Shown here piece by piece: positions 62,403 through 64,000 of a stretch of DNA of 64,000 nucleotides. Source of the stretch: an uncultured delta proteobacterium (GTDB taxonomy: Bacteria > Desulfobacterota > WTBG01); the NCBI GenBank assembly GCA_963793865.1, contig CAWCBP010000001.1:512001-576000 (forward strand), in the 5' to 3' direction. Every line of letters starts with the position of its first letter. Within the stretch, counting starts at the first letter, position 1. The position numbers were made by a program, and so were the translations under genes. The notes beneath the pieces were generated by a model, which saw only the letters and a list, made by a program, of their open reading frames with translations, made no database searches and had not been told where the DNA came from.

Positions 62403-64000
62403 ATGAATGCAATCGTATATGCATGTCGAGATCAATCGGGGTGCCGGGATGGCGTCGCACCCCATGTGCCGTGTCCTTCTTCCATGCGATCCAGGCGGTT
62501 CGGCTGCTGCTGGCTCGTCATACCCCTTATCTGTCTGATGATGATCTGCGTGGGGGGCGTAACCCCTGTGTGCGCCGGGGAAATGCAGCACGAGATAGTC
62601 AATCCCCACTGGACCGGCAAATACTGTGCCGAATGTCACCTCGAAGACAATCCCCAGGGCAAAGAGGCGGCGCTCCGGTTTAACGGCGACTCGGTTCAAA
62701 TCTGCAACCGCTGTCATGAGACTGAGTTTGCGCGCCCCGATGTGCACCCGGTGGGCGTCGCCCTTGCGGAAGGCATGGAAAAAACCATGCCCGAAACATT
62801 TCCCCTCGATGAAGGGAAACTGAGCTGTCTTACCTGTCATGATGTCCTTTCCCAGATGAAAGCCGATGTTGTGCTCAAGACCACCAACCGCAAATTTATC
62901 AGGGGGGCGCCCTATGAAACGCTTTCCACCTTTTGTTTTTTCTGCCATAGGCAGGAGGAATACAAGAAAACCAATCCTCATCAGCAGCTTGACAATGAAG
63001 GAAGGATAATTGAAGAGCGCTGTCTTTTCTGTCACCAATCGGTGCCTGACCCGCTGCGGGCTAAAAATATACATGATGTTTCCTTTACAACAACCCTCTC
63101 ACAGTATTGTGTCAATTGCCATTTTCAACAAAAGACCGCACATCCCGCCCGGGCAGATCATCTGGTGGCGCTCCCCGATTTTCTGAAGGCATCCGTGCCG
63201 GAGCGCGCCAGGGCGCAGCATGCCGAACTGCCGCTTGACGGTGACCGCATCTTCTGCGGCACCTGCCATAATCCCCATGAAAAAGGGGTTATACAGAGGC
63301 GCGAGGCCGCTGCCGGCGCGGGGGAAGAATATTTTCTCAGGCTCAATGGCGGTTACCCTCTCTGCGTTACCTGCCACCAGGACAAGGAGTTGAAGCAGGC
63401 GGAAGGGTCGCTCCGCACGACCGAAGGGCCGCCGGGTCTGCCCCAGGAGCTGATATCGTCACATAAGCCGGCAGCTGAGTATAAGTGCAAACGCTGCCAC
63501 GCGATAACCGCAGACAACCGGGAACGGCCGCGGGCACTCTCGCTCTGCTTTACAACCGATTGTCATAAGACAGAAATGCTCAATCAGGAATTTGTCCATG
63601 AAATAACCGTGGGGGAGAACTGTTACCTGTGCCACTCCTCCCATTCTTCCACCTATGCAAAACTGCTCAGGCTTGACAGGGGAAAACTGTGCCGGAGCTG
63701 CCACCCGCTGATGCGCGACAGCACCGGCAGACTGGCTGCCGGGCCGGATCAGCCTGGCGGAGATGCGTGGCGCATCGGTAACAGGGCAGCGCCGCTTCCG
63801 GTTGCGGATCAGAAAGCGGTAAGCCGAGGTGCATTTGAAAAAAGCAGCAAGGAGCATGCCGCGTTTACGCAGTTTATGCTCTCGACATCGATTCCGCCGG
63901 GTCGCGAGTGCGGCTTCTGCCATAGTCCTGACCATAAAAAGGAACTGGGGACCGTAGCGATGGATGTCTGTGCCCGCTGTCACACCTTTGTGCGGGACAC
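62403..64000 (+). CDS. multiheme cytochrome c, truncated by the window end; paralogue of 39650-41287 (absent from the ORF track)
   Basis: Manual translation is open to base 64000: NPHWTGKYCAECH... with 13 CxxCH plus CFTTDCH; start may be ATG 62484. Confidence 0.88.
   Translation, partial: MNAIVYACRDQSGCRDGVAPHVPCPSSMRSRRFGCCWLVIPLICLMMICVGGVTPVCAGEMQHEIVNPHWTGKYCAECHLEDNPQGKEAALRFNGDSVQICNRCHETEFARPDVHPVGVALAEGMEKTMPETFPLDEGKLSCLTCHDVLSQMKADVVLKTTNRKFIRGAPYETLSTFCFFCHRQEEYKKTNPHQQLDNEGRIIEERCLFCHQSVPDPLRAKNIHDVSFTTTLSQYCVNCHFQQKTAHPARADHLVALPDFLKASVPERARAQHAELPLDGDRIFCGTCHNPHEKGVIQRREAAAGAGEEYFLRLNGGYPLCVTCHQDKELKQAEGSLRTTEGPPGLPQELISSHKPAAEYKCKRCHAITADNRERPRALSLCFTTDCHKTEMLNQEFVHEITVGENCYLCHSSHSSTYAKLLRLDRGKLCRSCHPLMRDSTGRLAAGPDQPGGDAWRIGNRAAPLPVADQKAVSRGAFEKSSKEHAAFTQFMLSTSIPPGRECGFCHSPDHKKELGTVAMDVCARCHTFVRD

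Overview
GC-rich bacterial DNA whose gene content points to an anaerobic Desulfobacterota/deltaproteobacterium (inference). About 25 single-base indels, mostly +1 insertions, break otherwise intact genes; these look like long-read or assembly errors, so split ORFs were rejoined by eye. Three blocks: (1) 0.5-25 kb, downstream of an elongator tRNA-Met: a redox/catabolic cluster with ferredoxins, orphan PorD and degenerate PorB, a NuoEFG/HydCBA-like NAD(P)H module with no catalytic site, two geranylgeranyl-reductase-family flavoproteins, two tandem ferredoxin-dependent bilin reductase/RCC-reductase-like genes, an SCP2-like protein, three PCMH/VAO-type FAD oxidoreductases, an XRE-cupin regulator and a YCF48-MMPL-DUF1302-DUF1329 envelope transport set. 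This is the best candidate for an undescribed system, possibly anaerobic tetrapyrrole/bilin or hydrophobic-compound metabolism in a non-phototroph. (2) 25-33.5 kb: metal transporters, a membrane polyferredoxin operon, hydrolases and REP/MITE-like repeats. (3) 33.5-64 kb: a very large multiheme cytochrome island (about 120 CxxCH by manual count plus conserved CX3CH/CX4CH/CX8CH motifs) with its own CcsA/ResB, a decaheme-porin pair, three NHL beta-propellers, a subtilisin, and three paralogous cytochrome c/b/c modules encoded as three, two and one gene respectively. All family calls come from motif recognition by eye; no database searches were run.
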